A stretch of DNA of 25,789 nucleotides, taken from a virus (Duplodnaviria > Caudoviricetes). The position numbers and the translations under genes are program-made. The notes under the pieces were generated by a model. It was not told the DNA's origin. It saw nothing but the letters and a program-made list of their open reading frames with translations, and made no database searches. Shown here one piece after another: positions 8,330 to 18,272 of this stretch. Every line of letters begins with the position of its first letter. The stretch's first letter is position 1. The DNA lies in the IMG/VR virus record IMGVR_UViG_3300048893_000243, positions 1 to 25,789 of that record; one strand, 5' to 3'.

Positions 8330-8890
8330 TCAGTCCTCGGTGACGACGAGCCCGCCGATCGCAACCGTCGCCGGCGTCTGCGTCGTCGAGATCACCGTCG
8401 ACGTGCACGTGCCCCAGTAGAGGGCGTTGCCGGCACCGGTCGCCGAGCTGTCGAGGAGAGCCCAGCCGATGATCGTCGAGGAGCCGGCCGTGCAGGCCGC
8501 GAATTCCAGGGCGGACGAGTTGGTCTTCGAGCCGGACGCTGCGGCGCTCAGCGCCGCGGCTTCCACGACCTTGCGGGCGTAGCCCGTGTAGGTCGCCTCG
8601 ACGATCGTCGCGCCCGTGGAGGCGTCAGTCGGCACCGACGTACAGAGGGCCAGCGCCACGGTCGCCGGCGAGGTGAAGGCGCCATCGCCGAGGTTGTGGT
8701 CGAGGTCTTTGTTCTCGAGGTAGTCGGACTTGCCAGCCGCCTCGAGGCCCATGGCGAACCTGGCCGCCGGCGTGATGCCGTCCGGGGCCAGCTGCAGGTC
8801 GCGCAGCAGCCTGCCGTAGCGGGTCAGGCGCCCAGGGTTGAGCTTGACGGTGACGATCTCAAGCGCGTCCTTCGGCTCGATCAGTTCCAT
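8330..8890 (-). CDS. Minor tail / fibre-associated structural protein
   Basis: SDYLEN...LALCT...GYAR...LEF...ALLDS...GNALYWG matches a widespread small phage tail protein pattern. About 50 extra N-terminal residues. RBS AAGGAGG. Confidence 0.75.
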   Translation of the reverse strand: MELIEPKDALEIVTVKLNPGRLTRYGRLLRDLQLAPDGITPAARFAMGLEAAGKSDYLENKDLDHNLGDGAFTSPATVALALCTSVPTDASTGATIVEATYTGYARKVVEAAALSAAASGSKTNSSALEFAACTAGSSTIIGWALLDSSATGAGNALYWGTCTSTVISTTQTPATVAIGGLVVTED

Positions 8891-8891
8891 C

Positions 8892-9326
8892 TCAGGCCAC
8901 CTCCTTCGCGGCCGCCTTGGCCGCCTCGAGCTCTTCTTCGGCGTGCTCCACGCGAGCGCTCGCGCGTTCGCCTTCGATCCGGGCGCCCTCCTCTGCCATC
9001 GCCGCGTTGGCGGCCTCGGCGTCCTCGAGCGCTTTGCCCTCGAGCGGGGGTGGCTCGTTGGCGATCGGGCCCGCCAGCGTGCTGAGCCCCCCGGCGCTGA
9101 GCCGCCAGCCCGCTTTCAGCTCTTTGGCGTGCCCGCTCGAGGCGAGCTCGGCGAGGACCTGGGCGAGGGCGTCGACGTCGGGGACGAGCGTATGGGCGTC
9201 GTCGTCGACGCGGCCGAGCAGGTCCTCGAGGCTGATCGGGGGCTCGTCGGGAAGCGGCAGGTTGCCGGCGACTCGACGGTGCGTGTCGGACGCGAAGACG
9301 CCGCCCGGATCGGGTGGGTAGTTCAA
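8892..9326 (-). CDS. Acidic hypothetical protein in the tail region
   Basis: TTG start after AAGGAGGAG, 144 aa, with an Ala/Glu helical C-terminus. Confidence 0.7.
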   Translation of the reverse strand: MNYPPDPGGVFASDTHRRVAGNLPLPDEPPISLEDLLGRVDDDAHTLVPDVDALAQVLAELASSGHAKELKAGWRLSAGGLSTLAGPIANEPPPLEGKALEDAEAANAAMAEEGARIEGERASARVEHAEEELEAAKAAAKEVA

Positions 9327-9384
9327 GGTCTCCTCCTTGTTGGTGGGCGCAGCGCGCCCAAGCGGGTTTGACGAGGGGCGCCGT

Positions 9385-11334
9385 CTAGGGCACGAAGATC
9401 CGAGACGGACGGGTCAGCGTCTGCACGCTGAAGTTCTGGAAGCTCGAGTCGGGGATCTCGTGGTAGTCCCCAGGTGAGGTGGCGATCATGATCTCCACTT
9501 CACGTTGCTCGTCGCCGGAGGCTGGCAGTCTGGGCAGGTCGCCGATCGGTTCGATCTTGCCGTAGCCCTGACCGTCCGAGCTCGAGCGGTAGCAGCCTGC
9601 CTCGGTGAGCTCGATCAGCTGGTTGGCGAGGATGACGGCCTCGAGGTTCGGCACCCAGGCGAGGAAGTTGTCGTAGATCCGGGTGAGCGCCGCGGCTACG
9701 CAGTGGTCGACGAGCTTCATCGGGAGCGTCGCGGGAAGGCCCGATGTCGTGATCGCGACCAGCTCGCCGTTGACGTAGCCCAGGGCGTACTGCCCGGTGC
9801 CGTTGAAGAGCAGCGTCAGGGTGTAGCGAGTTCCGGCCTGCCAGTCGTAATCGACGCGGTTGCCGAAGAGGTTGAGCTTGCCGTCTTCGCCGATCGGCAT
9901 TTCCGCCCACAGTGCCGGCGAGCCGGGGTTTTTGTCGTTGAAGCCGGAGATCAGGGCTTCTGAGAGCGCGCTCCATTCGAAGTCGATCTGCAGGGCCACG
10001 AGCGGGAGAGAGCCGCCCGGCGCTTCTGCGAAGCGACCGAATTCTTCGCCGCCTTCTTTGGCGGTGCGCTGCAGATAGCGTTTGAGGATGCCGGCGCATT
10101 CGAAGTCGCCTTTGGTCGAGCCACTGGTGACCCAGCTCCCCGAGCCGTCCGGCAACGCCTTTCCGCTGAGGGCGCCTGCGCTCTGATTGAACTCGTCGCG
10201 GGCTTTGTAGTCCGCCAGCCCCTGGTCGACGTTCGGCGTGGTGAAGAGCACGCCGTGGCCGTGGGTGACCGGCCAGAAGCGGACCCGGTCGATGTAGATG
10301 TTCTCCCCGCCGTATTCGCCCCGGAACTGAAAGGCGCCCTGCCAGCGGTGGGCGCCGATCGGGTTGTCTTCGAGGTTGATCTCGCCGAAGTCGAGCGTGT
10401 AGAAGGTTTTCCTGTTGTCCGGGATCCAGAGCGGATCGAGCGGCGAGGCGCCGACCAGGTCCCCGACGTCGTAGACGAAGCGCCCCTGGATCGGTTCGCC
10501 CGACGTCGAGTAGACCCGCGCCTCCACGCGGTAGAGACCTTTGTGGGTGAGGAACGATGAGCCGGCCAGGTTCGTCCCCAGCACCGGCGTCCAGTCGGTC
10601 GCGAGGCTGTTGTGGCGGATCGCTTTCCCGCCAAGGGCGCCGGCGAGCACGACTTCGGCGGCGATGTCGAGCGGGTCGAGCGCGGTGGCTTTGTAGGAGA
10701 GCGCCGCGGTGGTCGCGGCGTCGGGCGGCCTGTACCGGTAGCCGTACTTCAAACCCAGGTGATTGGCGCCCGCTTCGTCCTCGACGATCAGCGAGGTCCT
10801 CGCCGGGAGGTTTCCTCCCACGGTCGGCACGGTGACGATCGCCTCACCGTTCGTCGATTTCACCGGCGCCGTTTCGACGGGTTCGCCGTAGAACTCTGAG
10901 ACCTCGAGGGTCAGCTGGGCGTTGGCGTCGAGGTCGGAGATGGCCTGGTCGATTTCCCCCCCGAACTTGAGCGTGGCCTTCTCGACGTCGCCGAAGAGCT
11001 TTTTGCCGTCCTTGAGGCTTCGTCGAAGCCAGCCGCCCTCTTCGTTGATTCGCGCGGCCTTCGCTTCGAGCGCATGGCGGGAGGCTGAGAAGTCGCCTCG
11101 AGCGCCGATCATCAGCGGCACCGTCACCGTGCGGTTCGGCAGCCGCGAGTCGATCGCCCGCTCGCCGACGGACCTCTGGACCATGAAGAGTTCGGGCTCG
11201 AAGGTGGGCCAGTCGACGCCCTCGAAGCGGACGAGGATCGAGTCGTCGGCAGCGTGCAGGTCGAGCTCGCCGCGATCGGGTGTCGCGACCTCGACGGGAT
11301 CCAGTACGAGTCCTTCTTCCGGCACTATCGCCAC
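9385..11334 (-). CDS. Distal tail (Dit-like) protein with inserted carbohydrate-binding-like domains
   Basis: Immediately follows the tape measure. N-terminal NRTVTVPLMI...LTLEVSEFYG pattern, 649 aa, beta-rich inserts ending IYIDRVRF and IYDNFLAW. Confidence 0.7.
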   Translation of the reverse strand: MAIVPEEGLVLDPVEVATPDRGELDLHAADDSILVRFEGVDWPTFEPELFMVQRSVGERAIDSRLPNRTVTVPLMIGARGDFSASRHALEAKAARINEEGGWLRRSLKDGKKLFGDVEKATLKFGGEIDQAISDLDANAQLTLEVSEFYGEPVETAPVKSTNGEAIVTVPTVGGNLPARTSLIVEDEAGANHLGLKYGYRYRPPDAATTAALSYKATALDPLDIAAEVVLAGALGGKAIRHNSLATDWTPVLGTNLAGSSFLTHKGLYRVEARVYSTSGEPIQGRFVYDVGDLVGASPLDPLWIPDNRKTFYTLDFGEINLEDNPIGAHRWQGAFQFRGEYGGENIYIDRVRFWPVTHGHGVLFTTPNVDQGLADYKARDEFNQSAGALSGKALPDGSGSWVTSGSTKGDFECAGILKRYLQRTAKEGGEEFGRFAEAPGGSLPLVALQIDFEWSALSEALISGFNDKNPGSPALWAEMPIGEDGKLNLFGNRVDYDWQAGTRYTLTLLFNGTGQYALGYVNGELVAITTSGLPATLPMKLVDHCVAAALTRIYDNFLAWVPNLEAVILANQLIELTEAGCYRSSSDGQGYGKIEPIGDLPRLPASGDEQREVEIMIATSPGDYHEIPDSSFQNFSVQTLTRPSRIFVP

Positions 11335-14300
11335 CCTTCCCCGCCGCGCCCGGCGCTTGGGCTGCTGGCGCGCTGCGCGTGGCCGCGCACGACTACCTCA
11401 GCCTCATCCTTGGCGACAACCCGGATCTTGCTCGGGTCGACCGCCCCGTCCAGAATCTGCACCTCGATGCGAGGCACGGGAGCCTCCGTCGTCGGCCCAG
11501 GAGAGACCGGCTGCAGGCGGCGCATCTGCTCCTCAGTAAAGACGCCCTCGCCGCCCTTGACGACCATCGTCTTCTCCTTGCTCGAGGGTCCGGGGACGAT
11601 CGCGCCGACGTGGGCCTTACCGGCGTAGGGCGGCATGACGTCGATCGAGCCGCCGCCCTGCAGGCCCATGTGGAAGATGTCCTCCCAGATCGAGTCGGCA
11701 ACCTTGCGTTCCCGTTCCTGGCGGAGCAGTTCCTCAAGCAGTTGGGCCCTTTCGTCGTCGCCCTGGCCCGCGCTCGTCCCGACGTCGAGACTCGACGCCG
11801 CCTCGGAGATCCGCAGGCCGAGTTCGGCGATCGACGTCTGCACGTCCCAGATGACGCCGCCGAAGGAACCGGCAGATCTGCCGCCCGGGAGGCTGGCGAG
11901 CAGTTCGTGCTGGTCGGGCCAGTGGATGCCCTGCACGTTGGAGAGGGCGTCCTCGAAGGTGCCGGATCCCGGTAGAGGCGGCTGCGGTGGACGGACACGC
12001 GCTTTGCCGGGGAAGAACTCGCCCCGAGCTTCCCCCAGCGCCTTACGCAGTTCGCGGTCCTTGAAGCGCAGCATCGGCAACTTGGCGAGCTGCTGGTGCA
12101 AGAAGGCATCGGCTTTCGGATGTTCTTTCCACCATTTGTCGCTGTGGGATTTGGAGAATTTGACGATCTGGTCGATTTCGTGGTCGATCGAGATCACGTT
12201 GTCTTCCCAGTTCCCCTCGAGGCCGCCCAGCGTTTTCGAGCTCGCCCAGTCGCCGGCAGCTGCCTGCTCGGCGAGGACGATCGCGTTACGCCAGTCGGCG
12301 GCGGTTTCGAGCAGGTGGGTGTAGGCGGGGCGCTCCTGGCCTTCGATGTAGGCAGTGAGCCCGGCAACGTGCTTCTTTTCGGCGTCTTCCCGTTCGGCGT
12401 CCGTGGCGCTGGCCGCCAGCTGGGGCGCAAGCGGCTCCAGGTCGACCAGCTGCTCGGCCCTCTGGCTGGCGATGTTGAAGGTGCGCTCCTTGCCCTCGAT
12501 GAGGGTCTCGAAGCCGGTGAGCTTGGCCAGCCTCTTGCCGAGCTTCTTGGAGAACTTCTTCTTTGCCGCCTCGCGCCGGAGCTTGGCGCGTTCATGTTCC
12601 AGTTGGCGGACCCAGGATTCCAGCGCGGTGATGTTGACCTCGATCGCGTGCTGGATCTTCGGCTTGCCTTTCGTCGCCGCGATCTTGGCGGCGAGGCGGT
12701 AGCGACGCAGGTCGCCGCGGCGGCGGGTGAGCTCCTTCTCGACGCCCGGCAGCGACTTGGGCATCGGGCCGAGGCTGAGGTCTTTGGTCTTGGCGCCGTG
12801 GTATTCGGCCGGGACGTCTTCCTCGGTCGAGCCACCCTTGCCGCCGGCGGGTCGGATGAAGGCGTTGCCTTTGCTGTTGCCGCTGAGTCCGACGTCCGGC
12901 CAGGCGAGATGGTGAATGTCGATCGAGTAGTAGGGATCGCCCTGGCCGTAGCCGCGATCACGCTTGTAGAGCGTCGCCGGCGAGTGGTTGCCGATCTTTA
13001 CGTCGAGGGCGTAATCCTTCGGCAACTCGCCGCTCATCCCGAGCGCCTTGGCAATGAAGCCGGAGCCCGTCCCTGAGCCGCTCGAGGTCGCCGCCCCCAG
13101 CTCGGCGTACCCCTTGCCCTTCATCAGATCGCCGAAGGCGCCAGGACCGTCTTCGTCGTAGGTCGTGTAGCCGGTCTTCACCCAGCCGCCGTCGGCGAGC
13201 TCCTGCAGCAGGCCGCCGAGCTGGTGGCCGGTACCAGAGGCATGGCCGTCGTCGCGAAAGCCGACCGGCGCCAGCAGCGGGTACTTGAAGCCGCGCGTCG
13301 CTGCCACGACCGCGTCCTTGACCGCCTTCGCCGCCGGGTCGACGTAGCCGCCGAAGTCGACGGCGCCGCCGGGGTACTGCGTCTTCTCGTGTTCGGAGAA
13401 GTAGTTGCGGCCGTGGGCGACGTTTTCCGCGTGGCTGCGGTAGCCGGAGGTGGGCTGGGCGCTGACGCCCTGGCTCGCTGCGTATTCGAGCGCTTCCTTG
13501 ACCCAGATTGCCATCAGCACACCCTTGTAGGAGCTGGTGCCGGCGGGGCCGATCGGCGGGCCCGAGTAGCCCGGGCCGCCCTTCGGCCGGTGCTGGGCGA
13601 TGTACTTCATCGCAGCCTTGTAGGCCTTGTCCTCGGCACCGTGGGCGATGTCGAGCAGGGGGCCGCCCGGGCCGGAGATCTCCGGCTTCTCGAAGAGCCC
13701 GCCTTTCTGGAAGCGCGGGATGGCGCGGTTGCGGGCTTCGAGGTTGTCGGCGCCGAGCTGCTTCACTTCCGGCGGGAGGTAGACCCGCTCGCCCGGCTCG
13801 AGCGCCACCGGCATCAGGCGACCGCCTTCGGCGAAGGCCTGGGCCCGGGCAGCTTCGCGGTTTTCGATGAAGCTCCCTGCCGGGAGGGCGGTACGGAAGG
13901 TGTCGCCCGACCCGGTGCCGGGGACGATAAAGCCGCCGGTCTGGCGTTCCTGGCTCCCGCCGGTGAGCCCCAGGAGATCGCCGACCTGCTTGATCGCGTA
14001 GTCGAGCGGGTTGGCACCGAAGGCACCTAGCGACTGGTTGGTGTTGTCCTTGATCAGTTCGAGGACGTTGGCGATCGCGCCGCCCATCGAGCCGAAGTTG
14101 CGCGAGACGCCGATCGCCAGGTTGAGGCTGGAGCCCTTGCCTTTGACGGTCAGGTCGCTGAAGGTCGAGAGCGCCGAGGAGACGAAGTCCTTGAGGTCTT
14201 GCCGCGGCAGCTTGCCGCCCTGGACGAGCCCGTGGGCGTACTGGACCATGGAATTGAAGGCCTGCTGGCGGGCCTTCGGTGCCATCTTGCCGAGGTCGTC

Positions 14301-16856
14301 GATCGCCTGCTTGCGTTGCTGGTCGTTGATCGAGCCAGCCTTTCGCCAGGAGTTGCGGAAGCCTTTGGCGATACCGAAGGGATCGTCGCCGCTGATCAGG
14401 TTGGCGTCACGGAGGAGTTCCTTTTGGCGGGCAAGTCCTTGCTTGACCGTGATCTCCTGATCGGCCATCGCCTTACCGATCGCGATCACCTCCGCGCGGT
14501 AATTCTGGGCAACCGCGTCCCTGCCCTCTTTCGTTTTAAGTCCAAATTCGGCAGAGACAATGCTCAGGTTGTCGCGCGTGACCTTGCGGATGTCATGCAT
14601 CGACGTGAGCACGCCCGATTTCAGAGTCGACAGTCCCTGTTGGAACTGAGCGATTTTTTCGGGGTTCATCCCTAGGTCGACGCCGAGGTGGAGCTGGTGC
14701 CCTTGCTCCGCGACGCGGAGCATCTGATCGAGCTGCGCCCGCGCTTTTTTGGTGAGGTTGAGTTCCTCGGCTTGAGCGCGAAGGCCTTCGATCGTCGACT
14801 GCGAAAGTTGAACCCGTCGTTTGGACATCTCTTCGAGCTCGGCGTTGACGTTCTTCAGCTTCGTCACTTCGTCGGTGTCGCTGAGCACGCCGAACGGGTC
14901 GAAGAGACTGCCGTCGTTTTTGTGGAGGTGGACGCTCAGAGGGCCCGCGCCGAGCTTCGTCCCTTCGATTTGAGCGTGGAGCTCGGTGAGGAGGTCGCCG
15001 GACTTTTCGCGACTGCGACGGTCGAACTCGCTGACGACGTCGTCAGCGAGGGTCAAGCCGAGGCCAACTGCGCCAATGCGTCCCCACTGGATGCTTTTCA
15101 GCGTCCCGATGATCCCGCCGGCGATGCCCGCACCGGCAGATTTGCCGGCGATGCCGCCGAAGATCCCACCTTGCGCGGCGAGCGCCTGCCGCTCGGTCTG
15201 CCGAGCAAGCGAGCCCATACCCGCGGCTTCGAGCCCCGCTCGAGCGACACGTGTGTCCGTGCCAAGCCAGCGACCTCCCGCTGCGCCGCCGGCGAGCGCG
15301 CCGGCGATCGCCTGGGTAGCACCCGGGCGGGCGACGGTCGCGGCTGTCTCGACGGCGATTTCCTTCCCCAGCGAGATCCCGAAGAACTTGCCAACGCCGG
15401 CGAATGCCGCCCTGCCGCCAAGGAAGTTGATCGCCCAGGTCGCCATCACCGCCTTGCCCAGCGGGTCGGCATGTAGGAAGCCTTCGCCGAATCCCTCAAC
15501 CGCCTTCAGCCCTAGTTGACCGGCGTGAGATGCAACCACCGGCACCGCGGCGTCGATCGCGTCGGCCACGTGCTCGCCGATGTGCGCGTTGTCCCAGAGG
15601 TGTTCGAGCTCGCCCTCGGCCAGCTGCGCAGACTTGGCAAGCCGTTCGCCGAAGTCGAGGCGGTCGTCGCTCATGATCGCGCCGATTTCGTTGGCGAAGT
15701 CCGTGGCGTCGTGCAGGGCGTCCTGTATCGGCCCGCGGAATTCCTTGAAGGCGATGATCTCGGCCGTTTCCACCGAGCCTGAGAATTCCTCCCAGGCGCC
15801 GGAGACGTTGTCGAGCATCGTCTTCGACGCTTTTTCGGCGGTGCCGTCGGAGTGTTCGAGGCTCTTGGTGAGCCTTTCCAGCTTCGCCGGCCCGGCGTCG
15901 ACCAGCTCGTACATCCCCGACATCGCCTCGGTGCCGAAGATCGAAGCGAGGGCCTGAGCCTGCTGGCTCTTGCTCAGGTCGCCCATGCCCGATTGCAGCT
16001 TCGCGATCAGCTGCGGCAGCGGGAGAAGACCTTTGGGCCCGGTGACGTCCTCGGTCGTGAGGCCGAGATCAGCGAGGCCCTCTTTCACCTGCTTGGTCGG
16101 CTTGACCAGGCGCAGGAGACCAGCGCGCAAGGTGGTGCCCGCCTGCTCTCCCTTGATGCCGGCGTCGCCCATGACGTCAACCGCGGCGAGCATCTCCTCG
16201 AGGTCCTGACCGGTGGCCTTGGCGACGGGCCCGATGTACTTGAGGGAAAGCTGCAGGTCGTCCATCTCCACCGAGGAGGTGTTGACCGATTCCGCCAGGG
16301 CGTCGGCGACGTGGGTGCTTTCGCTCGCGTCGAGGCCGAAGCCGCGCAGAGCATTGGAGGAGATTTCGGCGGCGTCTGCCAGGGCGATGTTCGACGCCGC
16401 GGCGAGATCGAGAGTGCCGGGGATGGCGTCCGCCATTTCGCTCACTCCGAAGCCGGCCGAGGAGAGCTCGTACATCCCTTCGGCCGCCTCGCCGGCGGAG
16501 AACTTGGTCTTCGCCCCGAGTTCGATCGCCAAAGCGTCGAGCTTGCCCATCTGCTTGCCGGTCGCGTCGCTGACCGCCTTGACGCGAGACATCTGCGCTT
16601 CGTAGCCGGCGCCGGTCTGAATCAGGTCCTTGACGGCGAGCACACCGGCAGCGCCGACGCCGGCCGCCGCGATCTTCGCCCCACGAGTCACCGTTTCGAA
16701 GTGCTTCTTCTGCTGGGCGCCGACGGTGGACATCGCTTTGCCGAAGCCCGATGAGAAGCTCCGGCCGGCGACCGCCGCCTCCTGCGCGGCTTCGCGGCGA
16801 AGGCTGCTGAAGTCGCCCTTGAAATCAACCCATGCGGTACCGGCCGATGTCCTCAT
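11325..16856 (-). CDS. Tape measure protein (TP901-family core) with C-terminal wall-lytic domains
   Basis: 1843 aa. Core motifs TKFSAGEAAEGMYEL, LDLAAAS, GIKGEQAGTTLR, IFGTEA. Follows the chaperone pair. Carries M15-like and DPBB-like segments. Confidence 0.95.
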   Translation of the reverse strand: MRTSAGTAWVDFKGDFSSLRREAAQEAAVAGRSFSSGFGKAMSTVGAQQKKHFETVTRGAKIAAAGVGAAGVLAVKDLIQTGAGYEAQMSRVKAVSDATGKQMGKLDALAIELGAKTKFSAGEAAEGMYELSSAGFGVSEMADAIPGTLDLAAASNIALADAAEISSNALRGFGLDASESTHVADALAESVNTSSVEMDDLQLSLKYIGPVAKATGQDLEEMLAAVDVMGDAGIKGEQAGTTLRAGLLRLVKPTKQVKEGLADLGLTTEDVTGPKGLLPLPQLIAKLQSGMGDLSKSQQAQALASIFGTEAMSGMYELVDAGPAKLERLTKSLEHSDGTAEKASKTMLDNVSGAWEEFSGSVETAEIIAFKEFRGPIQDALHDATDFANEIGAIMSDDRLDFGERLAKSAQLAEGELEHLWDNAHIGEHVADAIDAAVPVVASHAGQLGLKAVEGFGEGFLHADPLGKAVMATWAINFLGGRAAFAGVGKFFGISLGKEIAVETAATVARPGATQAIAGALAGGAAGGRWLGTDTRVARAGLEAAGMGSLARQTERQALAAQGGIFGGIAGKSAGAGIAGGIIGTLKSIQWGRIGAVGLGLTLADDVVSEFDRRSREKSGDLLTELHAQIEGTKLGAGPLSVHLHKNDGSLFDPFGVLSDTDEVTKLKNVNAELEEMSKRRVQLSQSTIEGLRAQAEELNLTKKARAQLDQMLRVAEQGHQLHLGVDLGMNPEKIAQFQQGLSTLKSGVLTSMHDIRKVTRDNLSIVSAEFGLKTKEGRDAVAQNYRAEVIAIGKAMADQEITVKQGLARQKELLRDANLISGDDPFGIAKGFRNSWRKAGSINDQQRKQAIDDLGKMAPKARQQAFNSMVQYAHGLVQGGKLPRQDLKDFVSSALSTFSDLTVKGKGSSLNLAIGVSRNFGSMGGAIANVLELIKDNTNQSLGAFGANPLDYAIKQVGDLLGLTGGSQERQTGGFIVPGTGSGDTFRTALPAGSFIENREAARAQAFAEGGRLMPVALEPGERVYLPPEVKQLGADNLEARNRAIPRFQKGGLFEKPEISGPGGPLLDIAHGAEDKAYKAAMKYIAQHRPKGGPGYSGPPIGPAGTSSYKGVLMAIWVKEALEYAASQGVSAQPTSGYRSHAENVAHGRNYFSEHEKTQYPGGAVDFGGYVDPAAKAVKDAVVAATRGFKYPLLAPVGFRDDGHASGTGHQLGGLLQELADGGWVKTGYTTYDEDGPGAFGDLMKGKGYAELGAATSSGSGTGSGFIAKALGMSGELPKDYALDVKIGNHSPATLYKRDRGYGQGDPYYSIDIHHLAWPDVGLSGNSKGNAFIRPAGGKGGSTEEDVPAEYHGAKTKDLSLGPMPKSLPGVEKELTRRRGDLRRYRLAAKIAATKGKPKIQHAIEVNITALESWVRQLEHERAKLRREAAKKKFSKKLGKRLAKLTGFETLIEGKERTFNIASQRAEQLVDLEPLAPQLAASATDAEREDAEKKHVAGLTAYIEGQERPAYTHLLETAADWRNAIVLAEQAAAGDWASSKTLGGLEGNWEDNVISIDHEIDQIVKFSKSHSDKWWKEHPKADAFLHQQLAKLPMLRFKDRELRKALGEARGEFFPGKARVRPPQPPLPGSGTFEDALSNVQGIHWPDQHELLASLPGGRSAGSFGGVIWDVQTSIAELGLRISEAASSLDVGTSAGQGDDERAQLLEELLRQERERKVADSIWEDIFHMGLQGGGSIDVMPPYAGKAHVGAIVPGPSSKEKTMVVKGGEGVFTEEQMRRLQPVSPGPTTEAPVPRIEVQILDGAVDPSKIRVVAKDEAEVVVRGHAQRASSPSAGRGGEGWR

Positions 16857-17646
16857 CCCTTGTCACCTCCCTTCGGTTGCAGGCCGAAGAAGCGCGCGAT
16901 CGCGTGGGGGTCTTTCTCGACCTCCTTCTTCGGTTTCTCCCCTTCCGGGTCGGGCCGGTCGGGGTGTGTGTAGATGCGCTGGGGCATCGGCAATTTCTTG
17001 GGCCACTTGCCCCGGCTGCCGAGCGCAAAGATCGCCGAGTAGCTCAGCGCGCCCCAGTGGTTGATCGCCTCGATCGTCAAGGCATTCCACTCGTCGGTTT
17101 TCGTCCACCCAAGCTGGTCCTCAGCCCAGGTGGCCGCGTCATCGGGAAGGCCGTCGACCAGCACCCAAAGTCTGCGGGCGCTGGTCGGTTGGGCCGTGTG
17201 GGTGCCGAATACCTCGGCACGCAGGTCGAGGGTGTAGAAGCGTTGGAAGTCCGCCTCAACCAAGTCCCAGCGAGAAGCTAGGAGTCGGATGAGGCCGAGG
17301 ATTCCCCCTCGCCGATCCCGAACTCCTTCCTGATCTCTTTGAGCAGCTCTTCGACCGCGTTGCCGCCGTCTTTCGCCGAGAGTCCCATCGCAGCGAACTG
17401 CTCAAGCTGTTCGGCGCCGACGTAGGCCTCGGCGATGTCGAGCAGGGCAAAGTTGAGCGCGCCCTCGTTTTCTTCCTCCGCCGCAGCGAGCAGCTTGCGG
17501 TTGGCCAGCATCACCGAGAAGGGGACCTCGTCGGGCAGCGTGAACTTGATTCCGCGCACCTCGACCGACCGCGGCTCGCCGCTGCCCTCGCTACGGGCAG
17601 CGGCGGTCGAGTCTTTTTTGGCGCGCGGTTTGCGAGCGGCGCTCAC
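16853..17646 (-). CDS. Tail assembly chaperone, -1 frameshift-extended form (about 264 aa)
   Basis: The -1 frame is open from the slippery site (GILGLIRLLASRWDLVEADFQRFY...) to the TGA overlapping the tape measure ATG. Confidence 0.85.
17278..17646 (-). CDS. Tail assembly chaperone (short form, 122 aa)
   Basis: Lies between tail tube and tape measure, GTGA-coupled, ends GEGESSASSDS. Confidence 0.85.
   Translation of the reverse strand: MSAARKPRAKKDSTAAARSEGSGEPRSVEVRGIKFTLPDEVPFSVMLANRKLLAAAEEENEGALNFALLDIAEAYVGAEQLEQFAAMGLSAKDGGNAVEELLKEIRKEFGIGEGESSASSDS
17302..17308 (-). promoter_or_regulatory. Programmed -1 ribosomal frameshift site G GGG GAA
   Basis: GGGGGAA in the correct phase, just before the last 7 sense codons. 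The same heptamer is used by mycobacteriophage chaperone genes. Confidence 0.85.
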
Positions 17647-18212
17647 GAGCCGGTCGGCTCGAAGGCGACGTCGTCCGTGACGAACGAGACCCCGATCGAG
17701 TCGTTGCTCTCGCCGGCGAGCGCCTTGTAGCCGATGTTGAGCACCGACAGGTCGGAGCGTTTGAGCGGCACTTTGACGCCGTCGACCACGTTGCCGTTCT
17801 CGAAGCCGAGCTGGTAGTGGCGGTCGCCGTCGACCCAGCGCAGGACGAGCGAGCGCTCCTCCAGGGCGTCGTCGCCGGTCGGGAATTCGAACTTGTAGAT
17901 CCCCGATTTGACCTCGACCACTTCGCCGCCGCCGAAGGCGAAGACGAAGTTGTCGGCGTTGAACTGCTCGAGCGTGAAATTCGCGCCGAGGTCTTCTTTT
18001 TCGACTTCGCGCCGGACCGCGTTGCGGCGCTGGGCGGCGAAATACTCTTTGATCGTCAGGTCGCGGCTGAACTCCGCGCCGTCCTCGGTGATGAAGCCCA
18101 GTTCGACGAACCCTTTGAGTTCGGCGACCGGATCGTCGGGGATGGTCGCAGCTGCAGCGCCGACGAAAATGTCAGCCCCCGGGGCAACGACCAGCTCTTT
18201 GTGGTCCTGCAT
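17643..18212 (-). CDS. Major tail (tube) protein
   Basis: Motifs LGFITEDG, FTLEQ, ERSLVLRWVDG as in actinophage tail tubes. RBS AGGAGG. Ends EPTGS. Confidence 0.88.
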   Translation of the reverse strand: MQDHKELVVAPGADIFVGAAAATIPDDPVAELKGFVELGFITEDGAEFSRDLTIKEYFAAQRRNAVRREVEKEDLGANFTLEQFNADNFVFAFGGGEVVEVKSGIYKFEFPTGDDALEERSLVLRWVDGDRHYQLGFENGNVVDGVKVPLKRSDLSVLNIGYKALAGESNDSIGVSFVTDDVAFEPTGS

Positions 18213-18272
18213 GGTGGGTCCTCCTGCCCCGGTTGGGGCGGTTGTGTTGTGTTCGGAACGGACAGGCGCGGC

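Noticed and set aside
9344-9360. Short hairpin tgggcgc-agc-gcgccca as a terminator
   Set aside because: A 7-bp GC stem without a U-tract is expected by chance at this GC content.
14400-15500. Apparently more AT-rich patch inside the tape measure
   Set aside because: The frame is intact, there are no intron or intein hallmarks, and the shift cannot be quantified by eye.
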